IMG/VR virus record: IMGVR_UViG_3300023290_000168
Reading direction: 5' to 3' (one strand)
DNA length: 5,653 nt
From: a virus
Taxonomy: Duplodnaviria > Heunggongvirae > Uroviricota > Caudoviricetes
The notes beneath the pieces are model-generated. The model did no database searches. It saw nothing but the letters and a program-made list of their open reading frames with translations, and was not told the DNA's origin. The translations under genes and the position numbers were made by a program. This document shows, piece by piece, positions 5,434 to 5,653 of the stretch (position 1 is the first letter of the stretch; each line of letters begins with the position of its first letter).

Positions 5434-5653
5434 TGGTTGCCTCCTTTGCGAAGCTGGGCAGCAAAGTCAACTAACCACTCAGTCATTTCAACCTTCCCTA
5501 CCAGGTCTGAACCAGGGTGCATACAGCAATCACTCTGCGCCGCTTTGAAATCCTTATACTCATATTCTTGGGCCACCAGATTTTTTGCAGCTTCTATAGC
5601 TGAACCGCCCCGGGAATCCTGGAGACTAAACTTCCTGAGAAAGAGGTAAACAG
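5430..5653 (-). CDS. Hypothetical phage protein, C-terminal 74 codons (5' end beyond right edge)
   Basis: Not in the track because it is edge-truncated. The minus-strand frame is open from the window edge to TGA at 5432-5430. My translation reads ...VYLFLRKFSLQDSRGGSAIEAAKNLVAQEYEYKDFKAAQSDCCMHPGSDLVGKVEMTEWLVDFAAQLRKGGNQ. Its stop overlaps the next gene's GTG, as in the rest of the cassette. Confidence 0.5.
   Translation of the reverse strand, partial: VYLFLRKFSLQDSRGGSAIEAAKNLVAQEYEYKDFKAAQSDCCMHPGSDLVGKVEMTEWLVDFAAQLRKGGNQ

Larger units (their letters stand above)
3335..5653. mobile_element. Right-end segment of an argW-integrated KplE1/CPS-53-like prophage (continues beyond the right edge)
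   Basis: Starts at the tRNA-derived core. Contains the torI excisionase and a block of small, overlapping, same-strand phage-type ORFs (DUF551-like, ASCH-fold), separated from the conserved dsd locus. Confidence 0.75.

Noticed and set aside
3763-5649. Plus-strand track ORFs 3763..4101, 3894..4244, 4144..4602, 4828..5013 and 5197..5649
   Set aside because: They are antisense to the translationally coupled minus-strand cassette, which has consistent RBSs, start/stop coupling and recognisable domains. The plus-frame translations are Ser/Arg/Cys-rich with no domain signal.

Overview
The window spans a junction between conserved chromosome and the right end of a prophage, in an E. coli-like (Enterobacteriaceae) genome. 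Left part (1-3220): the D-serine utilisation locus, with dsdA (minus, N-terminal ~237 codons, running off the left edge), dsdX (minus, GntP-family permease) and the divergent LysR-type regulator dsdC (plus). Junction (3320-3334): a 15-nt stretch that on the minus strand reads CTGCAGGGGACACCA, which I take to be the 3' end of tRNA-Arg (argW), i.e. the attR core of an argW-integrated KplE1/CPS-53-like prophage. Right part (3335-5653): prophage DNA, all genes on the minus strand. These are the excisionase torI, a 55-codon ORF bracketed by intrinsic terminators, and a tightly translationally coupled cassette (partial ORF, 99 aa, 221 aa with a DUF551-like C-terminus, 94-aa single-pass membrane protein, 94-aa ASCH-fold protein). 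That cassette is my best candidate for an uncharacterised accessory module; any defence, anti-defence or exclusion role is speculation. No rRNA, complete tRNA, CRISPR array or IS element is visible. All protein identifications come from reading the translations and from memory of the E. coli proteins and of the argW sequence, since no database search could be run. The plus-strand ORFs in the track that lie antisense to these genes are judged spurious.
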